Shown here: piece after piece, positions 1 through 8,738 of the stretch
Layout: each line of letters opens with the position of its first letter
How positions within the stretch are numbered: position 1 is the first letter of the stretch
Virus record (IMG/VR): IMGVR_UViG_2896262711_000007
Location: 1 to 64,000 of that record
Strand: one strand, 5' to 3'
Source of the DNA: a virus
Lineage: Duplodnaviria > Caudoviricetes
Length of the DNA stretch: 64,000 nucleotides
Program-made: the position numbers and the translations under genes
Notes under the pieces: model-generated
Seen by the model: only the letters and a program-made list of their open reading frames with translations
What the model was told of the DNA's origin: nothing
Database searches by the model: none

Positions 1-1764
1 ATGTCGGAAATGGTCGCGGTTGAGGTGGCGAATGGACAGCGGAACAATCCGCCGGTTCATACCGTCGTAAGCCCCGCACTGGTACCGGTTGAGCCGGATG
101 CCGTGGAGTGGTGCTGCACGTTCTGGCGCTCAATGGCAGATCGGCTTCGCCGACAGGCGCGAGTGCATGAGCGGCAGTCGGATCACCTCGACCGGATCGC
201 CGCCGGGCTCTCCCTGTGGAGCACTCGCGAATTCCCATGGGCACATCCGGCGCGCACTGCCGCGCGGCTTGACAGCGTCAACGCTCGCGCGGCCGCTGCG
301 GTCTGTCGCGACGGTTTCGCCTTTGCCAGCGGTGTGCTGAAGGAGCTGACCCGCGTCGTCGAGCCGCCAGACGCTGGGGCAGGCGGCTCCGATCAGTGGG
401 ATGATGATGGCGGTGCACAGGTGGTACAGCCGGTCGAGCCGTTCTACGTGGAGGCCGACGTCCTCGCTCGTGCCGAGAAAGCGCCGGAAAGGGATGGCGC
501 TTGGACGTTGGGGCCCAGGCTGCCGCTGGAAGGCATTAACGAGATCCGCATCGTCGACGCGGACCGGATGGCCGTGCGCCGAGGTGACCTCGGCTTCCCG
601 CCGATTTTTGAACTTGCTGACCCCGACCATGCCGACAGTGCGGATGCCGGTCGCCATTCCCGATTCTTCCGCCTGGATGGTGCCGGTGACTGGCCCCGCA
701 TCATCGAGACCACCAAGGAAACCCGCTCCATGCTTGCGTTCCGAAATTCGTCGCTGCGCACCGCTGTCCGGTCGGAAGACGGGCGGCGGCGCGCTGTCCT
801 GATGGCCGCCGAAACAATGGAGCCGATCGATTACCGCAAGGACAAGACCGACCCGCTGGGCGGGGGGCGGCAGGTGGTGAACTACCGCCGGGCCGGCAAC
901 AGCGGCACCCTCTGCACAATGCTGGTCGATGCGGACGGTGAACGGGGGAGCCCGATAGGTGAGGTGCGGACGTCCCTCCAGCTCCTGCGCCGGGCCCACA
1001 GGATCGATGTTGGGCAATACACGGCAGGAGAGGTCTTTGCAGAACGCTTCGCTGAGGCGCAGTTCAATCTCGGCCGCGGGACCGACTATGGTCAGATCCG
1101 CGGCTCCGCCGGCGCAGCTGAGAAGGTGATCGGCAAGGAGGTGGAGGAGCAGCGCCGCTGGGTCTTCACCTTCCTCGATGCGCTTGGAGGCGCCGCATCA
1201 CCGGCCGCCATGGCGGTATGGTGCGTTGCCGGCGCACAGATGCCGCTGGACACCTTCGCCGTCTACCGTCACTTCCGCATGCCGGGCGGGCAGCGCTGGC
1301 TGACGCTGGAGGAGGCTGAGACCGTCCTGGTGCAGGGGCTCGCGGCGCTGCATGCACATCTCGAAGCCCCGTCGATTGAGCACAATCACCGCCGGCACGG
1401 GCTGAAAATCCGCGTTGCCGGGGCCGTGGAATTGTCATTCCTGGTCGGCTCCCGGCGCTTCAAGATGGCCTGCCGGTATGACCCGGCTCTGAAGGCCTGG
1501 ATCGGTGACCGTATGGCACCGAGAAAGCAACCGGTTCCGGGGAAGGCGGCTGAATTCCGGCACTGGGCGGTCCGGGCGCCAAATGTTGCGGAGTTGGTTG
1601 ACACATCGATTTCTGCCGCGTCGGGATACCTGCAAGCACTCAAGGCTGAAGCAACGAGGATAGTTACTTCCTCCACTCAGCGGGCAATGGAAAATATTTC
1701 ACGCGAGAATAATTCCACTAAAATCGAAAACGGTGAGGATTTCGGGTTGACCACATTCTCCTGA
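1..1764 (+). CDS. Phage protein with DUF6456-like domain (possible late-gene regulator)
   Basis: 587-aa ORF; segment LRRAHRIDVGQYTAGEVFAERF...AVWCVAG resembles alphaproteobacterial prophage DUF6456 proteins; lies upstream of the late operon. Confidence 0.5.
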   Translation: MSEMVAVEVANGQRNNPPVHTVVSPALVPVEPDAVEWCCTFWRSMADRLRRQARVHERQSDHLDRIAAGLSLWSTREFPWAHPARTAARLDSVNARAAAAVCRDGFAFASGVLKELTRVVEPPDAGAGGSDQWDDDGGAQVVQPVEPFYVEADVLARAEKAPERDGAWTLGPRLPLEGINEIRIVDADRMAVRRGDLGFPPIFELADPDHADSADAGRHSRFFRLDGAGDWPRIIETTKETRSMLAFRNSSLRTAVRSEDGRRRAVLMAAETMEPIDYRKDKTDPLGGGRQVVNYRRAGNSGTLCTMLVDADGERGSPIGEVRTSLQLLRRAHRIDVGQYTAGEVFAERFAEAQFNLGRGTDYGQIRGSAGAAEKVIGKEVEEQRRWVFTFLDALGGAASPAAMAVWCVAGAQMPLDTFAVYRHFRMPGGQRWLTLEEAETVLVQGLAALHAHLEAPSIEHNHRRHGLKIRVAGAVELSFLVGSRRFKMACRYDPALKAWIGDRMAPRKQPVPGKAAEFRHWAVRAPNVAELVDTSISAASGYLQALKAEATRIVTSSTQRAMENISRENNSTKIENGEDFGLTTFS

Positions 1765-1960
1765 CGAGAGAGTGTCAACCCGTGAGGGCGTAGTGTGTCT
1801 ACGCAAAAATGATCCTCCCGAGATTCCAACTTCCCTTCCGCCTTCTGACCTAATCGCTGACTGGTGGCTCAGGCCGGGCAGGGGATGTGTCTTTTGCCTG
1901 CGTGACGGCGCATTCACCGGCGCCTCCGCTTCCCACAATTTCAAATTCAGGATCGCACCG

Positions 1961-2158
1961 ATGGCGGATGGGAATCCCAGCCAGCCCAATGGGCTGTCAC
2001 AGGCGGGCGCCGAAATTCTGGCTGCCCGCATCAAGGAATATTGGGTCTCCCAGGGATACCCCAAGGTGGAGACCCGTATCGAGCCCTTCAACTTCGGCCC
2101 ACACCTGATCTTCAGCGTGCGGTCGAACATGGTCGGCGGCGTCCCGCCGCGCTGCTGA
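1961..2158 (+). CDS. Small phage hypothetical protein
   Basis: ATG 1961; LSQAGAEILAARIKEYW...VRSNMVGGVPP resembles a small alphaproteobacterial phage family. Confidence 0.55.
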   Translation: MADGNPSQPNGLSQAGAEILAARIKEYWVSQGYPKVETRIEPFNFGPHLIFSVRSNMVGGVPPRC

Positions 2159-2642
2159 ACATGCGGTGGAGTTCCTGAAACGTTCCAGACCCGGAGAGGG
2201 GGAATGGAGGGGCGATGAAGTAGCGCATGCGGGTGGCGCCCGCTGACCATAACCCCGCCAGCCCGGCACCGTGTCCGGGCAGCAGAACCAGCATCCCCAA
2301 GCGGAGCGTCGCATACGTGTCGGCACCGCGGGGACGATGACACCGGAAGGTACGAAGCGGGGCGTCGTGGCTCGCCAAGACCCGGTCCCAACATCCAGGC
2401 GCTGGCCTGGTGCGGTGACGGTGCGGATCGAGCCGGCCCCAGCTTCAATTCAACAGGAATTCAGCGCGACGCTATGCCGCTGCGCTCGCTCGCGCCTCAT
2501 CGGGAGGCGAGGGCTACTGGGGGCTTGCCGGCCCTCTTCGCCGCGTGAGTCAAGCACGCACAGCCTGACCAGAGCCGGTTGATCCGGCCATCCCGCCATC
2601 GCCTGCAGAGCGACGCGCGGATAGTTGCAGAGCTGTGAAGCA

Positions 2643-3314
2643 ATGTCACACAATAGTATTGCAACCCCGGCCAATCCGGGGCCTTGGAAGATCCGCATCG
2701 TCGCCTATCGGCTCATGCCGGTGGCGGAAATTCTCGACAATCCAAGAGCTTGGCGAACGCATCCTGAAAAGCAGCGCAATGCGCTGCGGGCTGCTCTCGA
2801 CCACGTCGGATTGGTCAAGCCGCTCATCTACAACGAGCGGACGAACCGACTCGTGGATGGCCGCGCCCGTCTCGATCTGGCCCGGCGGGACGGTCAGGAG
2901 ATGCTGCCAGTCATCATCGTCGACCTCAGCGAGGATGAAGAGGCGCTGGTCCTTGCCACGCTCGATCCGCTGACCGAACTGGCGGAGGTCGACACCGAAG
3001 CTCTCCAGCGTCTGCTTGCCGAGGTGTCAGTCACCGATACCTCGCTCATGGCGCTGCTGGCGGAGATCAGCGGGGATGTCGATCTCTCCAGCTTCGACGA
3101 ACAGCCGCAGGCTGGCGACCTTCTGGACGGGAACAGCGGTGGTCAGGCGCCTCCCTCGAACGCGGCTCCCCAGCAGCCAGCAAGCCCACCGCAGGAGCCT
3201 ACGCCACCGGCTGATTTCCCATCCTTTGGGGAGGACATCGAGACCCAGTACTGCTGCCCGAAATGCGGCTATCGCTGGTCGGGAAAGCCAAACGCGGGTG
3301 GGGGCGATGAGTGA
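2643..3314 (+). CDS. ParB/Srx N-terminal domain protein with C-terminal CPKCG zinc ribbon
   Basis: NPRAWRTH..Q, GLVKPLIYN, LVDGRARL motifs; YCCPKCGYRW; stop overlaps the MTase start, as in phage DNA-modification operons. Confidence 0.8.
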   Translation: MSHNSIATPANPGPWKIRIVAYRLMPVAEILDNPRAWRTHPEKQRNALRAALDHVGLVKPLIYNERTNRLVDGRARLDLARRDGQEMLPVIIVDLSEDEEALVLATLDPLTELAEVDTEALQRLLAEVSVTDTSLMALLAEISGDVDLSSFDEQPQAGDLLDGNSGGQAPPSNAAPQQPASPPQEPTPPADFPSFGEDIETQYCCPKCGYRWSGKPNAGGGDE

Positions 3315-4669
3315 GTGTCCGCATCTGGGTGGAGCGCGATGGAGGCCTCCCGTTGGGCGGCGATCAGTCACGGATACGGCGGTTTCCTGGGATTGCCCAC
3401 GAGTTCATCGAAGTCGCCGGTCGGCCGCTCCCCACTCTCACCACCAGACCGTTCCGCATTGTCATCGAGAGGGACGGGAAGGAGGAGCCTATGCGGCCTC
3501 CTGATGGCAAGCCTCCCTATCGAGTGCCCAGCATGGCAGAGGTTGCCGCGCTCCCGTGGAACGGCTTTTCCGTCGCCTCGACCTTCAGCGGCTGCGGCGG
3601 CTCGTCCCTCGGCTACCGCATGGCCGGCTTCCGGGTGCTCTGGGCATCGGAATTCATCGAGGCGGCGCGGAACACCTACCGGGCGAACGCGTCCCCCTAC
3701 ACGATCGTCGACCCGCGGGACATCCGGCAGGTCAAGGCATCGGATATCCTCGACGCCATCGGCATGAAGCCGGGAGAGCTGGACCTCTTCGACGGTTCGC
3801 CGCCCTGTGCCTCCTTCTCGACCTCCGGAAAGCGGGAGGCGGGGTGGGGCAGGGTCAAGAAGTACAGCGACACCGAGCAGCGTACCGACGACCTGTTCTT
3901 CGAATACGCCCGGCTGATCCAGGGGCTGAGGCCGAAGACCTTCGTGGCGGAAAACGTCTCCGGTTTGGTGAAGGGAACGGCCAAGGGGTATTTCCTGGAA
4001 ATTCTCCAGACGCTGAAGCGCGGCTACCGCGTCGAGGCCAAGCTCCTCGATGCGCAATGGCTCGGTGTCCCGCAAGCCCGCCAGCGGCTGATTTTCGTCG
4101 GCGTCCGGGAAGACCTCTGTTTCTCGCCGGCGTTCCCGAAACCGCTGCCGTTCAGGTACACGGTCCGAGACGCGATCCCTTGGATTTGCGGCATCGGCGG
4201 AATTCGGGAGAGCGGCTTTTCCGGAGAGCGAATGGTGTCGTCAAATTCCCCATGTCCGACCATCATGGCTGGCGGCGGGAACGGGATGAACACATCACAA
4301 TTCGGCGTCGAGGCGGAAACGGACATCAGCCGCTTCGCGATTGGAGAGGAATGGGACAAGCTGAAACCGGGGGAACAGTCCGACCGCTTCTTCCAGTTGG
4401 TCAAGCCGCCGCTCGACGGTCCCTGCCCGACGATCACGGCATCGGGTGGTAGCGGCTCGATTGCCGGCGTTGTCCACCCGACGGAAAAGCGGAAATTCAC
4501 AATTCCGGAACTTCGGCGGATTTGCGGATTCCCGGATGACTTCGTTCTGACCGGGACCTACCAGCAGCAATGGGAGCGGCTCGGCCGGGCGGTTCCGCCG
4601 GTGATGATGATGCACATCGCCGGGGCGGTGCGGGACGGTGTCCTTAGAAGGCTGCCCCGGGGCGCGTGA
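3311..4669 (+). CDS. C5 cytosine DNA methyltransferase-family enzyme (candidate carboxymethyltransferase)
   Basis: Motif I TFSGCGG, catalytic GSPPC, ENV, QARQRL, motif X variant LGRAVPP; alternative start ATG 3491 after GGAGGAG. Confidence 0.9.
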   Translation: MSVRIWVERDGGLPLGGDQSRIRRFPGIAHEFIEVAGRPLPTLTTRPFRIVIERDGKEEPMRPPDGKPPYRVPSMAEVAALPWNGFSVASTFSGCGGSSLGYRMAGFRVLWASEFIEAARNTYRANASPYTIVDPRDIRQVKASDILDAIGMKPGELDLFDGSPPCASFSTSGKREAGWGRVKKYSDTEQRTDDLFFEYARLIQGLRPKTFVAENVSGLVKGTAKGYFLEILQTLKRGYRVEAKLLDAQWLGVPQARQRLIFVGVREDLCFSPAFPKPLPFRYTVRDAIPWICGIGGIRESGFSGERMVSSNSPCPTIMAGGGNGMNTSQFGVEAETDISRFAIGEEWDKLKPGEQSDRFFQLVKPPLDGPCPTITASGGSGSIAGVVHPTEKRKFTIPELRRICGFPDDFVLTGTYQQQWERLGRAVPPVMMMHIAGAVRDGVLRRLPRGA

Positions 4670-4694
4670 GCGCCCCAGGGGTGGCAGGCGTTGA

Positions 4695-5324
4695 TCAGGA
4701 GGCGCGGACGGTGAAGATCATCCCCTCCTTGCTGATCATCGCCGCGCCTTCCAGCTTCCGGACACTCCGGCGGATCATCCCCTTCTGCTGCGTCGGGGCC
4801 AGCCTGGCGAAACCGCCATCCTCTTTCTTCCACCGGTCGCGAACCGCACCGAACTTGCAGGGGCCGATGGCCTTCATGAAGCCGAGAACCCGCCGGTCGT
4901 TCTCGTTCAGTTCCTCCTTCGGAGCGGTGCTGACTTCCGTCTCCGAGCCCTCGCCACCGGTCACCGCCACCGCACTTGGCGCTTCGCCCATTTCGGACGC
5001 CGCGCCAGCCTGAGCCTCCTCCTCCTGGGGGATGGCAACGGCCGGCGGCACGGTCACGGGATCGGACGGAGCCAACGTGGTTTCCGGTCCGGCCGGGATA
5101 TCGGTCATGTCGGCCTCGCTGAGGTCGCAGCCGGGAGGGAATTCCAGTCCGGCCGCCTTCATCGCCTTCAGGACGGTCGTCTGGTCCGCCTGCATCCTGG
5201 CGACCAGCTTGGTGATCCGGTCAACCCCGACGGTGTGGCTCTCGAAGCGGGTGATGGTCCCGCTGGACAGCTGATTGAAGAGCACGACCAGTTCCTTGGT
5301 AGTGAGCTTCGACAGGTCAATCAT
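4695..5324 (-). CDS. Hypothetical protein, possible C-terminal winged-helix DNA-binding domain
   Basis: 209-aa ATG ORF with AAAGGA RBS; acidic linker; basic helical C-terminus; inverted relative to neighbours. Confidence 0.6.
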   Translation of the reverse strand: MIDLSKLTTKELVVLFNQLSSGTITRFESHTVGVDRITKLVARMQADQTTVLKAMKAAGLEFPPGCDLSEADMTDIPAGPETTLAPSDPVTVPPAVAIPQEEEAQAGAASEMGEAPSAVAVTGGEGSETEVSTAPKEELNENDRRVLGFMKAIGPCKFGAVRDRWKKEDGGFARLAPTQQKGMIRRSVRKLEGAAMISKEGMIFTVRAS

Positions 5325-5526
5325 TGTAGCATCCTTTGCGTTGTGTGTTTCGCGATGATGCTACTATTTGGTGCGAATGCATCGCTGTACAGTGCAATGC
5401 AGGCCCCTGGTCTGGAAATTTCCGGAGGCAGGAACAGCCGCATTTCCAGGCTTTGCCGAGCCTCATAAAATCCTGCGTGAGCAAGCACGCGCGATCAGCT
5501 TTCCCCAACGGAAATTGGATCGTGCC

Positions 5527-6225
5527 ATGAACCCAAAACCTGAAATTCTGGAAACCGGGAAATCTGAAATTCCCAGCTTGGAGATTCCCCGCAACTGGAC
5601 CTTCGAGAAAGCGGGCATAGCCGCCGCCTTTGACCGCCATGTCCGGGAGCAGCTTCCCTGGTACGATCTTGCCACCGGCGCCATAGCCCACATCGCCAGG
5701 CACTACATCCCGGCTGGCGGGCTGGTCTACGATATCGGCGCCTCGACGGGGAATGTCGGGCGAGCTCTGGCCGAAACCCTCAAGGACCGCCGAGCCCGGC
5801 TGGTGGCCGTCGAATCCTCCGCCGAGATGGTTGCCCGCTATGATGGGCCGGGGGAGGTCATCCAGACCGATGCGCTCGCCTATGACTATGAGCGCTTCGA
5901 TCTCGGTGTCTGCTTCCTCCTGCTGATGTTTCTGCCGGTCTCTCGACGGGCCGCATTCATTGAGCGACTGCGGGAGCGGATCAAACCGGGCGGCGCGCTG
6001 ATCGTCTTCGACAAGTGCGAAGCTGCCGCCGGTTACCCCGCGACGGTCCTCTGGCGCCTGACGCTGGCCGGCAAGGTCTCGGCCGGTGTCGACCCGGCGG
6101 AGATCGTCGCGAAGGAGCTCAGCCTCTGCGGCGTGCAGCGCCCTATCACGGAGGATGTGATCGGCCGTGATGCCGTCGAATGGTTCCGCTTCGGTGAATT
6201 CGCCGGATGGCTGATCGAAGGGTAA
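5527..6225 (+). CDS. CmoA-like class I SAM-dependent enzyme (carboxy-SAM synthase family)
   Basis: NWTFE...FDRHVREQLPWY, VYDIGASTG, LMFLP, IKPGGALIVFDK, EIVAK, EWFRFGEF parallel the CmoA motifs DWTFD..F..M.QRSVPGY, VYDLGCSLG, LNPGGALVLSEK, WFQCFNF. Confidence 0.75.
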   Translation: MNPKPEILETGKSEIPSLEIPRNWTFEKAGIAAAFDRHVREQLPWYDLATGAIAHIARHYIPAGGLVYDIGASTGNVGRALAETLKDRRARLVAVESSAEMVARYDGPGEVIQTDALAYDYERFDLGVCFLLLMFLPVSRRAAFIERLRERIKPGGALIVFDKCEAAAGYPATVLWRLTLAGKVSAGVDPAEIVAKELSLCGVQRPITEDVIGRDAVEWFRFGEFAGWLIEG

Positions 6226-6399
6226 AGGAGGCGTCGCGGATCATCACGAGCCGTCACGCCGACCGCCTGAAACATCACGCTCGCGGGCCGGATCACGCCA
6301 GAGCGCACGGGCTAGAATGTTGAAATGATTGAATTGTGGCCGAAGGGGTCGGAAAGGCGTCACGGCCTCGACCTCGCGTGACATTCGGGAGGATCACAC

Positions 6400-7209
6400 A
6401 TGCCTCTGGCAAGAAGGAAAGAAGTCCCAAAGCCTCCGAAGGCTCCGAAAGCGGCCGTCAAGAAGGCCTACGTCGAGGGCATCCTTCAGGACGACGGCAC
6501 GCTGATCTATCCGAACACCGTGCAGTTGGCGAAGCAGTTCGGGCCGACGCGCGAAACCATCTCCCGGTGGATCAACAACGAAGGCTGGGCGTCTGAGCGG
6601 GCGATCTACCAGGAGCGGTTGGCGGAAGCGGCCGAGGTCCGGAAGGCGAAGATGCTGCCGAACGCACCGGGCGTCGAAGCCACGGCGCGGGAACTGAAGG
6701 AAGACCTGAAGGCTCAAGGGGTGACGGTCGAGCCGGCGTCAGAAGCGGAGCCGGGCAGCGTGCCGGACTTCCGGATGCACGTCATCGCAGGGGAGCGGGC
6801 GAAATTCGACACGACCTGCCTGACGCTGGCCAAGGCGCTCCAGGCGGAGGTCGCTGTCACCATCACCCGGTCCCGCAAGAAGGTGCCGGACGTTGCCACG
6901 GGCACAGCGGTCGATCCGAGCCCGCTGGCACCGAAGGAGCTGCTGAGCCTCGCTGGCACGCTGGAACGCTCCCAGCGGATCGGCCGGCTGGCGCTGGGGC
7001 AGACCACCGAGAACCAGGGCCACAGCGCGCCTGATGGCAGCTCAATCAAGGTGGATGCGGAGCACACGGTCGATGTCAAGAAATCCGGCTACACCAACAT
7101 GGACCCGGCTGAGCTTGCGCGACTCTATGCTGAGACGGTTAGAACTGGCCCAGCGGACGGCAGCGGACAAGAAGCTCCAGGCGCTGACGCTGGCGCACAT
7201 AAGCAATAG
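6400..7209 (+). CDS. terS: Terminase small subunit (putative)
   Basis: GGAGG RBS; N-terminal HTH (LAKQFGPTRETISRW); QRIGRLALG; overlaps terL. Confidence 0.65.
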   Translation: MPLARRKEVPKPPKAPKAAVKKAYVEGILQDDGTLIYPNTVQLAKQFGPTRETISRWINNEGWASERAIYQERLAEAAEVRKAKMLPNAPGVEATARELKEDLKAQGVTVEPASEAEPGSVPDFRMHVIAGERAKFDTTCLTLAKALQAEVAVTITRSRKKVPDVATGTAVDPSPLAPKELLSLAGTLERSQRIGRLALGQTTENQGHSAPDGSSIKVDAEHTVDVKKSGYTNMDPAELARLYAETVRTGPADGSGQEAPGADAGAHKQ

Positions 7210-8695
7210 CTGCGTCGACTTCGTCAACGACTGGTGCTGGACCTACGATCCTCGCGAGATCGGGAAGGGCAGGTCGCCTTACATGCCCTTCGACCTGTTC
7301 CCGAAGCAGGCGGAGTTCCTGCTGTGGCTGGAGGAGCGGGTAGATAAAGGCGATGAATGGCTGGTGGAGAAGTGCCGAGACGCCGGCGCCTCCTACCTGA
7401 CCGTCGCCTTCGCCCTTCATCGGTGGCTGTTTCGGGACGCCTTCAAGGTGACATTCGGTTCCCGCGTCGAGGATGCCGTCGACAAGGCGGGCAACCCGGA
7501 CACGATCTTCGAGAAGCTGCGGATCATCCTTCGCCGCCTGCCGCTTTGGATGCTCCCCGCCGGCTTCGATGAGCGGCGGCACAGCCTCTACATGCGGCTC
7601 ATGAACCCGGCCAACGGCAGCGTGATCAGCGGTGAAGGCGGCCCGAACATGGGCCGTGGCGGTCGCTCTGCCATGTATGTGGTCGATGAGGGCGCGCACA
7701 TCGAGCGGGCTGAGAAGGTCGAAGCGGCTATCATCGGCAACGCCGATTGCCGCGGCTGGATCTCGTCGGCCAACGGCATGGGCAACCTGTTCTATCGGAA
7801 GCGGCAGAACGACGACGTCAAGGTCTTCACCTTCCGCCTGGAAGATGACCCCCGCAAGACGCCGGAATGGATCAGCCGGAAGAAGGCGACGACGGACCCG
7901 GTGACCTGGGCACAGGAATACGAGATCGATTACGGTGCGTCGGCGGAGGGCGTCTTCATTCCCGGCCCGTGGGTCAACGCCGCGGTCAAGCTCGGGAAGC
8001 TGCTGGGCGACCGCCTCAAGCCGTCAGCCGTCGGCGTGGCCGGCTTGGACGTCGGTGGCGGCGGCAGCGGCAAGACCGTGCTGGTGAAGCGCATGGGGCC
8101 ATTGGTGCTGATGCCGAAGGCCTGGAACTCCGCGGACAACATCACCACGACGCACGAGGCGATCGAGGATGCCCGCGCCGCCGGCTGCGGCATCATGAAC
8201 TACGATTCCATCGGCGTTGGCAACACCGTCACCAGCACTCTGATGCATGCCGGAAAGACGGGCCTCAAGGTCTACCCGATCAACGTCGGGAACCCGCCGA
8301 CGGACGCCGAATGGCCGGACGGTCGGACATCGAAGGAGATGTTCGCCAACCTCAAGGCCGAATTGTGGTGGATGGTCCGGTGCGCCTTCCAGCGCAGTTA
8401 CGAGCTCGTGCAGTTCCTGGAAGGGGATTCGAAGGGCGTCGAGCATCCTCTGCAGGATGTCATCGTTCTGCCGGAAGGCAGTAAAGAACTGACCGGCCAG
8501 CTCCCCGTCCCGAAGATGCTGCGCAACGGGAGGGGGCTGATCGCCGTGGAGTCCAAGGACTCGCTGAAGCGCCGAGGCATCCCTTCTCCCGACTACGCCG
8601 AAGCGCTGGTGCTGTCCTTCGCACCGGAGCCCGTCACCGCATTCGTCCTGCCTTCGATCACCCCGATCTGGGGAGGGCGCCCGACCGTCGGCTGA
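7073..8695 (+). CDS. terL: Terminase large subunit
   Basis: WTYDPR, LFPKQ, EKCRDAGAS, GRGGR, Walker B VVDEGA, nuclease GLDVGGG and SPDYAEAL; start uncertain (7034, 7073 or 7127). Confidence 0.92.
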   Translation: MSRNPATPTWTRLSLRDSMLRRLELAQRTAADKKLQALTLAHISNSCVDFVNDWCWTYDPREIGKGRSPYMPFDLFPKQAEFLLWLEERVDKGDEWLVEKCRDAGASYLTVAFALHRWLFRDAFKVTFGSRVEDAVDKAGNPDTIFEKLRIILRRLPLWMLPAGFDERRHSLYMRLMNPANGSVISGEGGPNMGRGGRSAMYVVDEGAHIERAEKVEAAIIGNADCRGWISSANGMGNLFYRKRQNDDVKVFTFRLEDDPRKTPEWISRKKATTDPVTWAQEYEIDYGASAEGVFIPGPWVNAAVKLGKLLGDRLKPSAVGVAGLDVGGGGSGKTVLVKRMGPLVLMPKAWNSADNITTTHEAIEDARAAGCGIMNYDSIGVGNTVTSTLMHAGKTGLKVYPINVGNPPTDAEWPDGRTSKEMFANLKAELWWMVRCAFQRSYELVQFLEGDSKGVEHPLQDVIVLPEGSKELTGQLPVPKMLRNGRGLIAVESKDSLKRRGIPSPDYAEALVLSFAPEPVTAFVLPSITPIWGGRPTVG

Positions 8696-8738
8696 GCCGC
8701 GGCGCCGTCCCACAACCTCGACAGCCAGAGTTCCGCCG

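Noticed and set aside
2226-2262. tRNA-Met-like CATAAC segment
   Set aside because: No anticodon stem, T-loop or acceptor stem could be built
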